64,000 nt of DNA from Chlorokybus atmophyticus (taxonomy: Eukaryota; Plantae; Mesostigma and Chlorokybus algae). The notes beneath the pieces are model-generated. The model saw only the letters and a program-made list of their open reading frames with translations, ran no database searches and had not been told where the DNA came from. Shown piece after piece: positions 1-10,672 of this stretch. The stretch spans positions 257,104 to 321,103 of the forward strand of contig RHPI01002823.1 of assembly GCA_009103225.1 (NCBI GenBank). Reading direction: 5' to 3'. The first letter of the stretch is position 1. Every line of letters begins with the position of its first letter. Made by a program: the position numbers and the translations under genes.

Positions 1-256
1 CTGCTGCTGCTGCTGCTGGCTCTCCACATGATCAGATGACTCGTCGGTGAATGAGCCACCTCCAGCTTCAGCAGCCGGTGACAGAGGGGAATGCGAAGTG
101 GATGGCTGGCCAGCGGTTGCAGGGGGGTGAGCAGCAGGCTGAGTTGCTGAAGCTGGCTTGCAGGGAGTCATATGAGGCGCTTAACAACTGCTGTCAAGAA
201 TCTGTGCTGGCTGTGTCGCAGTGAGGCTTGAAAGCTAGCTAGTGGGGGCAAGGATG

Positions 257-547
257 TTACCTGAGTGAGGGCTCTGCCTGCCCATCCACCTCCATGGGGG
301 ACGCGTTGTCACCAGCGAGGCCGCTATCAGCCAAAAGTTGGGACACCTCAGCTTCTCTGCGGGCAAGAGCTTGCTCTCTTTGACTCAACTCCAAGTCCTT
401 CTGACGTAGGAGACCTTGCGTTGCATTAACAACCAACTTGGAACGCTGCTTCCGCTTGCGCAAAGCTGCAAGGTTGACTGCAGGTAGCTTGAGTCCGATA
501 GACTGGTGGAGTCTTTCAGCAATATCAGCTGCTTTTCGGTCCGCCAT
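257..547 (-). CDS. First exon of a hypothetical coiled-coil protein (MADRK...), continuing left of 257
   Basis: ATG at 547, a helical KDLELSQREQALARREAEVSQ segment, a GT donor after ...PSLR, and a telo-box-like AAAACCCTAG at ~644-653 upstream. No family recognised. Confidence 0.3.
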   Translation of the reverse strand: MADRKAADIAERLHQSIGLKLPAVNLAALRKRKQRSKLVVNATQGLLRQKDLELSQREQALARREAEVSQLLADSGLAGDNASPMEVDGQAEPSLR

Positions 548-857
548 GCTGGGTGCATGCGTAGTACCCACGAAACCAGCTGTGCCAAAGGTTTTCGCCA
601 CCGCCGCCGCCGCCGCCGCCGCCGAGACTGCAGCGCAAGCCCAAAACCCTAGCAAATGGACAGGGGACCATGCATGCCCAGTGCCTGCAACTCGTTGAGC
701 ATTGGCGCACGTGACCTTGGGAGCAACGGACCAGGTGAGATGTGTCGTATGCTTCCAACGTCATTCTTCACCGTTGGTTATCATAATATATCAATGATCC
801 AAAAGAGCTATTGAGTTGTTGAGTGCTGTTTCGGTTTCGGAACCATGCATGGTCTAT

Positions 858-1207
858 GAGGGCCGCTTGCAACCGTACCAGTGCAGCTTGGTCCCGCTTG
901 TGAGGACATAATTGGTCCGTACAGTACATGCATTCTGTACCGGTGCTGCCCTGGCTCATAGGCCGCAGGGCATGCGACCAGCCTTGGTCCTACTGCTCAG
1001 GCCGCGTGCTGACCAGTGCTGTACCGGTCTACAAGCCGCGGGACACGCCACCAGCCCTGGTCCGGTCATTCGGATTATATCGGCGGGCTCCGGGGCCAAC
1101 CCACCGGTGGTCCGATCATGCCGGACCAGTTGCGGCACTGGTACGCTACAACGTACCAGACGTGGTCTACGCGCTGCGTACGACTGGTCCGCGCATAAAA
1201 AGCCCTG
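858..1207. mobile_element. Putative hAT-like DNA transposon terminus inserted into the Gypsy integrase
   Basis: The integrase frame (...GVLDLLG) breaks at 1208 into a segment starting CAGGGCT on the minus strand. About a dozen TGGTC/GACCA/GGTAC subterminal-type motifs follow. The partner end was not found in the window. Confidence 0.45.
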
Positions 1208-2330
1208 TGCCAAGGAGGTCCAGCACCCCTGTGGGGTACACTTTTAGTACCTTGTAGACGGTGCGGCCTACGGAGGTGTCAAGCGTGTCTTTGGTGGCTG
1301 CCATGCGATAGGCAAAGTCCCCCGCTTGGAACCGCCGTTGGCGCTCCTTGTAGAAGCCGCTGCGTACGCGCTCGTAGCGCAGCGTGTCGCGATGCTGCGC
1401 GATGCGCAGGTTGTTGAAGGCCATGGGGACGGTACGCTCGAAAAGCGCGGCACGCGTGGTGATGTCGTGGTGCATCCAATCAGGGTCGTCGAGGTTGTTC
1501 ACGACGCGATCCACCTCCTGCTGCGCACGGAAGGGGAGCAATGGTGGTCGCCCGAACAGCAGGTAGTACGGGCTGTACTCCCGCAGAGCCGCCTGCTTTG
1601 ACGATCGATCCGAGGGCCACCCACGGGAGGTGGTCATCCCAAGTGTTCTTCTCGTACTCCAGCACGTACTTGCGGAGTGCCTTCTTGATGGTCTGCACTG
1701 TACGCTCGGCGAGACCGTCGGCTTGAGGGTGATCACGCGAGGTACGGCGGTGGTCGATGTAACATTTGTCCAAGAGGGTGTCCAATTCCCCTTTGAACTC
1801 AGTACCTTGGTCAGTGATGACCTCGGCACATCTGCCAAATCGATTGAGAACGTGAGAGAGGAAGGCTTGAGACACCTCCCTGCTGCTCTTGTCGGGTAAC
1901 GGTACCAGCTCCACCCATTTGGAGAAGTGCTCGCTCATGACCAGGATGTAGCGGTTGCCACGCGCTCAGGGTGCAAAGTCCCTCAAGATGTCGAGCCCCA
2001 ATCAGTAAAAGAGACCGGAGATGGGGAGTGGGTGCAAGGTGGCGCTACGCGTGTTGAGGCTGGCGCGCACCATGTCACACTGCTGGCAGTGGCTGACGAA
2101 CCCCTGCACCTGTTTTGTTAACCCATACCACCAATATTGTGCCCTCACTAGGCTGACGGTGCGCTTGACATCGAAGTGTCCAAGCTCAGTGTGGAGGGAA
2201 GTGATGATGCCCTTGCGCGTGACCGGTGTCGGCACTTCCTTGTCTTCGTCGTGGAAGCGGCGATACAGCTTGTCATTTGCCCATCGATAGTGACGGGTGC
2301 GTTGGTTGACTCGGTCCTTCTCTCGGGCGC
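1208..2330 (-). pseudogene. Gypsy integrase (HHCC zinc finger + rve core), frameshifted and truncated
   Basis: LHTELGHF...YWW...CQQC; EHFSKWVELVPL...ITDQGTEF...HPQADGLAERTVQTIK; SPYYLLFGRPP. Confidence 0.93.
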
Positions 2331-2659
2331 TCATGCCGGAGGGAAGCTGGCCACTTTGAAGAAAGGAGAGTGATGGCTTGTCCTGCCATATGTCTTGCCT
2401 GGTGTCAGTGGGCGCCAGCTCTGTGTTTTCGACGTCAATGTCGGCTGCGTGGGCGTCTCCCAAGGGTGTGGTTGCCGCAGGGCCGGTAGGCTCAAGGGCA
2501 GAAATTTCCTCTGCCACTGCTGAGGCCATGGTGTTGGTCTTGCGCCCTGAGCGCAATGCGGCAGCAGCAAACATGGCTGCCATATTGGGGGCTGTTGCTG
2601 CAGGGACAAGCTCATGCCGAGCTCCAGTTGCGTCGTTGGTGCTGAGGTGAGGGTTGCGA

Positions 2660-3990
2660 CTGAGGCCGTCGGCGTCTTGGTTGGTGAGGCCAGCGCGGTG
2701 GTCGATCTCGAAGTCATATTCCTGCAACAGCAGAGCCCATCGAGCAAGTTTCCCTGTTAGGTGTTGGTTGGTCATCAGCCACTTGAGGGGCTGATGATCG
2801 TTGATCAGTTGGAACTGCCGACCAAAGAGGAAAGGTCGGAAGAAGGAGATGGCCTACACTGCAGCGAGGCACTCCCCTTCGTAGCTGCTGTAGTTGGCCT
2901 CGGCGCTGTTGTTGCTTCGGCTGGCGTATGACACCACCCGCTCCTTCTTGTTCTCGTCGTGCTGCACCAGCACCGCTCCCATCCCCAGCTTGCTCCAGTT
3001 GGTGTGAAGGATGAAATGCTTGGCGTAGTTCGGACGTTGAAGGATGGGAGCGGTGGTGAGCCTGCTTTTCAGTTCCTCGAAGGCCTGCTGTTGCGGCTCC
3101 TTCCATGCGAACTCCACCTCCTTCTTCAGTAGCTCGTTGAGGGGCCTTGCGATCTTCGCGAAGTCCTTCACGAACCGATGATAGTAGTTGGCAAGTCACA
3201 AGAAAGCGCGCAGACGTGTGAGGTCTGTCGGGGCAGGGGTAGCTGCCAGAGCCTCTACTTTTGCCTGCTGTACATACACACCATGGGGCACAATCATGTG
3301 CCCTAAGTACGGCACCTTGTGGGTGAAGAAGGTACACTTGTCGGGGTGTACGGTCATCCCCACTCCCTTGAGTCGTTCCAGCACCGCTTCGATGTGCTGA
3401 AGATGCTCCTCGTTGCTGCGGCTGAAGATGAGGATGTCATCGATGTAGCACCGCGCGCAGGCCAGCCCCTTCAAGGCCTTGTCCATGACGCGTTAAAACT
3501 TGGCGGGGGCATTCTTCAGCCCGAACGGCATTACCTTCCATTGGTACAACTGTCGGTTGCCCCAGAAGGAGGTCTTGTGCTTGTCCTCGTCCTTGATGGC
3601 GATTTGGTTGTACCCTTGACGCATGTCCAGGATGATGAAGACTGTGCAGTCTCCCACATCATAAAAGATACCCTCTGCTGTGGGCATGGGGTACCGGTCT
3701 TGCTTGGTCTTGTTGTTGAGGGGGCGATAGTCGCCACACATGCGTCGCTCTGTCCAGTTGCCTGCTGAATCCTTCTTCAGTGGCATGACGATTGCTGCTG
3801 CAAAGTCCGATGTGGACTCTTCAATAAGGCCTGCATCAAGCAGCGCCTTACATCTCTGTTCCACCAGGTCCTCTTCCAACTTGGAGAGCCTGTATTGCCG
3901 CCGGAACACCGGCGCAGTGTCCATCAGCTCGATGTCCATCTGGTACAATGAGCATGTACCCAATTCCTTCACATTGAAGCTGAATTGGCT
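2660..3990 (-). pseudogene. Gypsy reverse transcriptase + RNase H
   Basis: RMCGDYRPLN, LDMRQGYNQI, VMPFGLKNAP, CYIDDILIFS, LHTNWSKLGMGAVL, YEGECLAAV, KLARWALLLQEYDF...DADGLSR. In-frame stops at 3493, 3196 and 2854. Confidence 0.95.
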
Positions 3991-4239
3991 CCTCCATTTG
4001 TGGAGGAGAGCCTCCAGCTTCTCTCGAGTGTCTTCTGTGGCCAACGGGCCAATGGCATGGTCCCAGGAGGTTGCATTGGCAACCACGGGATTGTCCTCCA
4101 CTGTCACTGCTGCTTGCTCCTCCATGTGGACCACCTCGAGGGCTGTGTGAGCTGCCTTGGTGTCGGCTTCACGATCAGCCCACCCCCCAGCCAAGTGTTC
4201 GAGATCCTCGAAGGACACGTGGCGGTCTTGCAATGCGAA

Positions 4240-5195
4240 GCTCAGCTCCAGCAGCCATACCATGCTGTTCTGGTCCATGGCGTGGCCAAGCAGCTGGCAT
4301 TGCTGACTATCTGTCAGCGATGAGCGCGTGATGCTGTTGGGGAAGAATCCCATGGCGCGTTCACGTTTGCGTGCGTTGGGTTCTTCCAACCTGTTGGTGG
4401 TCGCATCAAACACCATCCCGTCGCCACCATTTCGGAATGCCTAGGAGCCCGGGTAGGACACCAACGTGGGGAGTGCGCGACGGGGCTGATCGGGCTGATT
4501 GCACGGGTAGAAGTGGTGGTGGTCATGACGCAGGACAGGTTGTGCTTTGCGGCCGGTGTCAAGGATGTCATCGACCAGCAGGTTGCGCGGCCGAGCGCTG
4601 CGCGTGTATTCTGCGGTCATGAGTTCCTCCACGGTGGCCAAGTTTGTCCACTTAGCGCGTATACGAAGTGCGCGCGAGCCATGTCGTGCCGCGTTCACCT
4701 TGAATGGGTGCCTCAGAATGGAGCAAACTTGTCGGTAGCTGCAGGCCACGGACGCTTGTCGTCCTCTGAACGCACATTTTTGATGACGTACCCCAGGGGT
4801 CTGGATATCTGGTGATGTTGAAGGAGGTGGATGATCTCATCAGCTCCCAAAACAGCCCGGAGCGAGGGTTTTCGAGGCCTTGCCCCTTGCCTGCCCTGGG
4901 AGTGCCCTTGGCATTCCCACCCAGCTATTAATAGGTCGACGTTGCCGAGGGACAGTAGGTGATCTTCGGTGATCAGCCGGATGTCTTGTGGCAATGCTTT
5001 TAGGCTGCCTTGCAACGCCGAGAGGGGTAGTTGACGTGAATACCTTTCGCGCAGTTGGCGTAAGTGGTGCTTGAGGACCGTTTGCGCGTGTGGGTCAGGG
5101 TCACAGTAATAGCATTTGACAACCTTCACACCCGTGTTGAGGACCGCGGCAAGACCACTACCAATGCCTCCAAACAGCTCCAACACTGTGATGCC
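4240..5195 (-). pseudogene. DNMT3-like C5 cytosine DNA methyltransferase domain embedded in retrotransposon pol
   Basis: Motif I VLELFGGIG; IV AGWECQGHS; GKGQGLENPRSGLFWEL (shifted frame); VI YVIKNV (ENV with E>K); VIII GSRALRIRAKWTNL; IX EPNARKRERAMGF; X LLGHAMD. It runs directly into the RT frame (ORF 3493-4416). Confidence 0.88.
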
Positions 5196-5589
5196 CTGTT
5201 GCCTGTGAAAGGTGTGGAACTCCACCACTCCGGTGGCCACCATATGGTGGTCCTGCACCTTGTTGTCGCTTCGGTAGTTGGGGAAGCGCGTGGTGATTAG
5301 AGGATGGCTGAGCAAGACGTGTGCGTCCACCTGTGCGCGCCAGTGCCGTTTAGCTGGGTCTTGTAATGCTACTTCCACGATGGCATCCTCCTGCTCCTCG
5401 CTGTACGGGGTGGGAGAGGAGTCGACCGTTCGACACGGGGCCGTGGCACCAGCAGCGACTTGCGTCCGAGCGCCGTCGTATGTGGCCGTTCCAGCCTCCC
5501 GTGTGCGGGCGTGGTTGCGTGTGGCCACGGCAGCCACTTTGCGTTGGGCGCGCGTGCGCGAGACCAACTCGAGAGGCAGGAAACCCTGC

Positions 5590-5970
5590 ACCTCTCCGTC
5601 ATCCTCATCCCAATGTGGCCGAAACCACGCTCGCTCTGTCCAGCAGTTGAGGCCCAAGCCCACAGGGAAGTTGAAGTCCTGCCCCCGCAGAAAGTCGAAG
5701 GAGTCGGCATTGGTGACCACACATTGCTGGACGATCTCGGTTGTATGGGTTGGGTCCAACCCTGTCAACCGAATGCAAAAGGCCTCCCTGGTGACTCCCA
5801 TCACCTTATCTCGGCTACCTGTGGCAGTGTCCAACACGTACGGGCAAGGCACCAAGTCGGAGCTGGTTATGCCGAGGGACCGCGCGAGGAAGCGCCCAAT
5901 GATGACAGGCTGTGCTCCGGTGTCCAACATCACTCGCTTGGGTGCCAGGCCGTTAATGGTAACGTGCTTG
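5590..5970 (-). CDS. Retroviral-type aspartic protease domain of pol
   Basis: KRVMLDTGAQPVIIG catalytic motif and DFLRGQDF (degenerate ILGxDF) in ORF 4713-6566. Confidence 0.85.
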
Positions 5971-7954
5971 CCTTGGTTGGCCACCATGGCAGCATTGGCG
6001 TTGATGCGCAGCCTCTTCATACGAGCTGTCTGCACCTTTGCCTCAATTCTCTCAGCTGGGGATGCTGAGCACATGGCAGCCAGAGCTCCTCTGCCTGCTA
6101 GGTCTGGAGAACCCCCTCCTTGCCCTCTCCCTCTGCCGAACCGACCTTGTCGTGGTGGTTGGTAGACACGGGGGGGCCTCGGTGCTGAAGGTTCCGGCGC
6201 TGGTTGTAGTGGCGGCGCAGGTGGATGCCGCCTCTGCAAAAATGGAATCATGCCCGCGGGTGTACCCAATGGCTGTGGAGGAAACCCCGGCGGACCCAGT
6301 GTTTGTGGGCCTGCCTTGCGTTCAGCTTGCTCCGCGGCGTACGTCCATCGGACCGCATGAGCGGCTTCTCTGACCAACGTCCCTTCCCACGTGGCCGTGG
6401 GCTCGGTGTCCATGTCGGTCCAGTGATGATATTGAGGCATGGGCTGCAGATATAAGGCGCGTAGTAGCTGTCGCCGCATGTCGTGGGTGATGGTGGGTAC
6501 GCGCAAGACCCCTGCCATGTAGGCATCCCACCTTCCTTGTACCACTCCCACATCGAGCACGGTCATAGCGCGCGCGCGTAGGGTGCGCTAGAGGTCAGTC
6601 TGCTGTACGTGTAGCTCATGAGCAATGGCGATGCGCCGCCGTTGTCGTGCGGCTTCCACCCCTGGCAGCCGCAGCATTGCCTCTTGCACTCCCTCCAGCG
6701 TGTCCGGGGCTGTGGTGGCAGCCTCGTCGTATGCTTGTCGCAACGAACGAACGAATGCCCCCAACCAAGATGCTCGGTTGCCAAAGGCAAACAGGGGGAC
6801 AGCAGGGTGATTGGCAACGAGCCATGTCACGAGACGGGCTCGAGCGGCGTTGCCCTCTCGCATCTCCATCATCTGTCTTAATGTGTTGCCCTCAGGCCTG
6901 TGCAACATGACTGCTTGCCGAACGAGTGCGGTACGGAGTTGTTGCTCCCCCGCCATACCAGCTCCTCCTCGTTATGTGGTGTCCCCTTGCGGGGTGAGGT
7001 ACCCTCGCCCTGCATCGCGTTGATCCTCAGGCATGTCTTTGACCAAAGGAGGCAGCAGCGGGGCGATTACCCCCCTCAATTGTTGCGCCAACGCCCTCGC
7101 TTGGTCTGCAACAGTTGCTTGTCTTGGCTGTTCGATGGCGATTGTCGTGGAGTACCCTGTGGTCAGCGCCGTGGAGGCGCTGGCAACATTTGCCGGAGCT
7201 ACGGTTGGTACGATAACGGCGTGTGCTGCTGCGTACGCCTGTTGGCGCGCGTCCACTTGGGCAGCTTGGTCCACCTGATAACGATGTGCCTGTTTGAGGG
7301 CAGAGAAACGCTCTTGACGACTGCCTGGAGTGAGCCCCCAGAGAGCGGGATCAGCGCCCAGCGCGATGTCTGACATGGTGACCACAAGGGCTTGTATTTT
7401 GTGGCGCTGGAGTCATCTCTGGTGCAGTGCCGGCGAGGACATCCTCCAGCTGCTGTTGTGTGGGTCCCGGCAGCGTGTGGTACTTTGGAGGTGGTAGGGG
7501 CAAGATGCGATCATCGCATGCCACGCGCGTGGTGCGTTGCCCCCCTGGTCCGTACGCAATGGTGGTGGGCTCCATGTTGCGTAGAACTGACGCCCAGGCG
7601 CGTTTTGCTTGTGGTCCGCGTGGCACTTGCTGTGTGACGTCAAGCGCTGGTGGCGGTGCCGTTCGAATCTCAGGAAGTGGTGCAGTGGGTGCGGCAGCAC
7701 TACTGGAGGCGATGGTGGTGGCACCTGCAGCAGTCATTGTTACTGAGGTGGCGGCTGTGAGGTTGGCAGCAGTTGCGGCTGATGTGGTCGCTTCAATGGA
7801 GGCAGGAGTGGTGGATTCACCACCCATGAACCCAACGACCATGGTTGATGCGGCGTGGGTGCTTTTCATCATCGGGGACAGCGTGGTGCTAAGAGTGCTG
7901 ATACCTGCTGTCGTGGTCGGTGTGGACGCCGACGGTGTCGTCGACGGCGTCGTC

Positions 7955-10041
7955 TCAGCAGTGGTTGTGGCTGCCGAGGCAGCACCACTTGTGGCGTCCG
8001 ACGATGCCTGTTGACAATGCGCCAGCTTCCCTGCGCGCACGTCTTGATGGTTGTACGCGTGACGGCGTGGGAGTGTCCCTATCCCGTTTTGGTGCCATCA
8101 GCGCCCACCTAGCAGCATAGCAGGCTTGATAGTTCTGCTCCTTGTTCTCCTCCAGCTGTGCCACGCGCGCCATCAAGGCTACCACTTGGTCAATAGCTGG
8201 TGGATTGGCTGGTGCCTTTACAGCAGCTGCTCCAGCGCGAGGACGCCCCTCAGGTCCTTTGTGCTGTGGAGGGCGGTTTTTCTCTCTGTAGCCAGCTTCT
8301 TCCTTGCGGGCCCCAGCGTTGTTGTTGTTGTTGAGGTTGTGGCCACCAGCATTGTTGCCATTGTTGCGACCACCAGCGTTGCTGATGTTGTAGCCGCCAG
8401 TGTGGTTGCTGTTGTTGTAGCCCCCGTTGTTGTTGTTGTTGTTGTTGCGGTAGCCAACAGCGTTGTTGCCGCTGTTGTAGCCAATAGAGGGCCGCTGCTC
8501 AGGGAACTTGAGCCAGCATACTGTCTCCAAGTGTCCCATCTTGTGGCAGTAGTCGCACGCAAGGTTGCCGTAATCTTCGGTGCACTCTTTTTGGTAGTGG
8601 CCATGTCGACCACACCGGTGGCACAGCACCGGAGCCACAAGGGCAGCATGAGCTGAACGTTCATCCTTGTTGTGGATACCTTGCGGCTCTCGGCTGCGGT
8701 CCCGCCGAAGAGGCTCTGCACTTGTGCCTGCCATAGGCCGCGAGGCACTGCGGTTGGTGTCCAGCACCGCTTTCTCATACACTGCGCGCTTATGGATGGC
8801 TCGTGCAGTCTCGAAAGCTTCCTTGAGGGTGTAGCCGAGGGGCCTGCTGTAGCTCAGCGTCAGGCGCGTATGTTGACTCGCTCAGGGTGGGATCCAACTC
8901 GGCCACATACACCACTGCTGCCGCCTCCTCACTGACGATCTTGTAGTCAGTGTCTTTAAGCAACCCTTCCAACCGTGAATTCATTCGGAGAGGGTCCTCG
9001 TTGGGCTTCTGTCGAAAACGCCTCAACTCCTCCACCTTGCTGTTGGTTCGAGGTGGGAAGGTGCGCCGGAGTGCGGCGTAGAGGTCCTTCAACGGGGAGT
9101 CCGACATGGTCGCGCCCACCGTAAGCGCGGGTGCACGCAATGTCGCTGAGCCGAGGGTGAAAACACTGCCTCCCGCTGGAGCACGCGAGTTCGGTGTTGG
9201 TAGCAGGGGCGTACCCATCTCCAATGCTACAGCTTGCTGCTCCTCTTGTTGCTCCCTGATGATGGCAGCGGTGCGGTTGAGTATCCCGATCCGGCGCTCG
9301 GCCTTCTTGCTTTCAATGTCTGCAGGAGTCAATGAGGCCACTACCACCTCAACTTCTTCATTCTATGCCTTCTCCATGGCTGCAGCTAGGGTGAGACCCG
9401 TGACTGAGGCTGGCGGGGCCGCTGCTACAGGGACAGTAACCAACGGGCTATGCAGTGATGTGGAGGCTATTGTGCTGGCCAACTCGCCATAGCCATCAAT
9501 CTTGTGCAACTCAGCGACGGACTTAATACCTGGATCACGAAGCACATGATGTGTGGTTCCACACATCATGTGCTTCGTGATCCAGGTATTAAGCGGACAC
9601 ATGAAATGATACCTCATCTGTCCAGTCCTTGCTCTTGAGGGCTTGCTGCCGCATCTTGGAGTGGAACTTGATGATAAACTCGTCAAGTGAGGTGGTGCCA
9701 GGGCGTCCGGAGAAGCGTAGGGAGTTGGTTGAGCTGGAAGGCTCCATCTCCTCGTCGTCACTGTCCGACGGTGGTGGAGATGCTCGTTGTCGAGGAGTGG
9801 AGTGACAGGAGGTGAAGCCGGAGACGGGGCGTGAGCCTCTGCTGCTACGGTAATCGCTCCCTTCACTTGCGCGCTCATAGGTAAGGTTGGAGGTCGGGCT
9901 CCAGCTGTTGAGGTTCCCTTCTTTTATTGGCGAGAAAGGAGTGGGCCTGCTCATACAGCTGATGCGATGGTGAAAGTGGATGAAGGGTAGAGTGCTTGTG
10001 CTCTGCAATGGGATCTTCAATGCTGATATCACCCAACACAC
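7955..10041 (-). pseudogene. Gypsy gag with two CCHC zinc knuckles and an Asn/Gly-rich tail
   Basis: CHRCGRHGHYQKEC and CDYCHKMGHLETVC; ELRRFRQKPNED (gag-like); RFSGRPG...LDEFIIKF N-terminal gag-like motif. Broken by stops and frameshifts. Confidence 0.8.
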
Positions 10042-10449
10042 TAGCGCTTGTGCGCGCTATGCGATGACGGTGACAACGATGCACTGCGATGTGTACAACT
10101 ACAGATTGCGATGCTGATGTGCAGCCTGCAACTACACTCACTTGAGCAAAGAGGGTGACACTATAAGTCAACAAGCCACTACTATAGGTAGCGCTGTTTA
10201 CACAGTTCTTTGCATGAGTGGAAGAGAAATTACACTGTTAAGTGAGGTGAATGAGCAAGCAACACATGGATGCTATGCCCTGACTGATGCCAACAAGCAC
10301 CCCGCGACCAGGTACACCAAGCTCACAACAAGGACAAGCACAGTGCACAAGAACATGCACAGGCTCTCACACGGTGAGGGGATTCTGGGGAACCAGGACG
10401 GCGTGTTTCGTAGTTCAAGTCGCTTCACAAGCTCTTAGCTTTCTCACTT

Positions 10450-10461
10450 ACAGTGTCACCA
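10450..10461 (-). other. Candidate primer-binding site TGGTGACACTGT
   Basis: Begins TGG 2 nt inside the candidate LTR. From memory it resembles the complement of the plant tRNA-Leu(UAG) 3' end (TGGTGACAGCTGT) with one gap. Confidence 0.4.
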
Positions 10462-10463
10462 GC

Positions 10464-10672
10464 TGATCCGGTGAACTGTGCTTACTTATACAAGTCAACT
10501 CATGACTGTCCAGAACATAAGCTAATGGTCATATCGAGGCTATTTCCACAGGACATCCTTACTCGATATAGAACCCAACTTATAAATGAACTCACAACTG
10601 AACAGCTACGCGCGGTGCCTATGTAGGCTATGGTCATGAGCTACTTTAGAGACATGACCTAGCTACTGGTCA
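10464..10672 (-). repeat. Candidate 5' LTR (~209 bp)
   Basis: Minus strand starts TGACC and ends GGATCA, has TATAA-like motifs, and is followed by the PBS candidate. No second LTR is present in the window to confirm it. Confidence 0.45.

Larger units (their letters stand above)
1208..10672 (-). mobile_element. Degenerate Ty3/Gypsy LTR retrotransposon with DNMT insertion (gag - PR - DNMT - RT - RH - INT), 3' end truncated
   Basis: Ordered domains on the minus strand: two CCHC knuckles, DTG protease, C5-MTase motifs, RT (YIDD), RNase H (DADGLSR), integrase (HHCC plus rve). RT-RH-INT order is Gypsy-type. Multiple stops and frameshifts. Confidence 0.95.

Noticed and set aside
1-1207. 3' LTR of the Gypsy element
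   Set aside because: No similarity to 10464-10672 was seen; the element is truncated or interrupted at 1208.
5278-6165. 295-aa plus-strand ORF and similar antisense ORFs across the Gypsy element
   Set aside because: GC-rich antisense shadows of pol and gag with no recognisable domains.
8300-8480. (GTT)n/(AAC)n repeats as an independent element
   Set aside because: They encode the Asn/Gly-rich low-complexity tail of gag.
10177-10181. CACTA as the left terminus pairing with TAGTG at 20951
   Set aside because: It lies inside the Gypsy leader, the flanking 3-mers do not match as a TSD, and a 5-mer is expected by chance.
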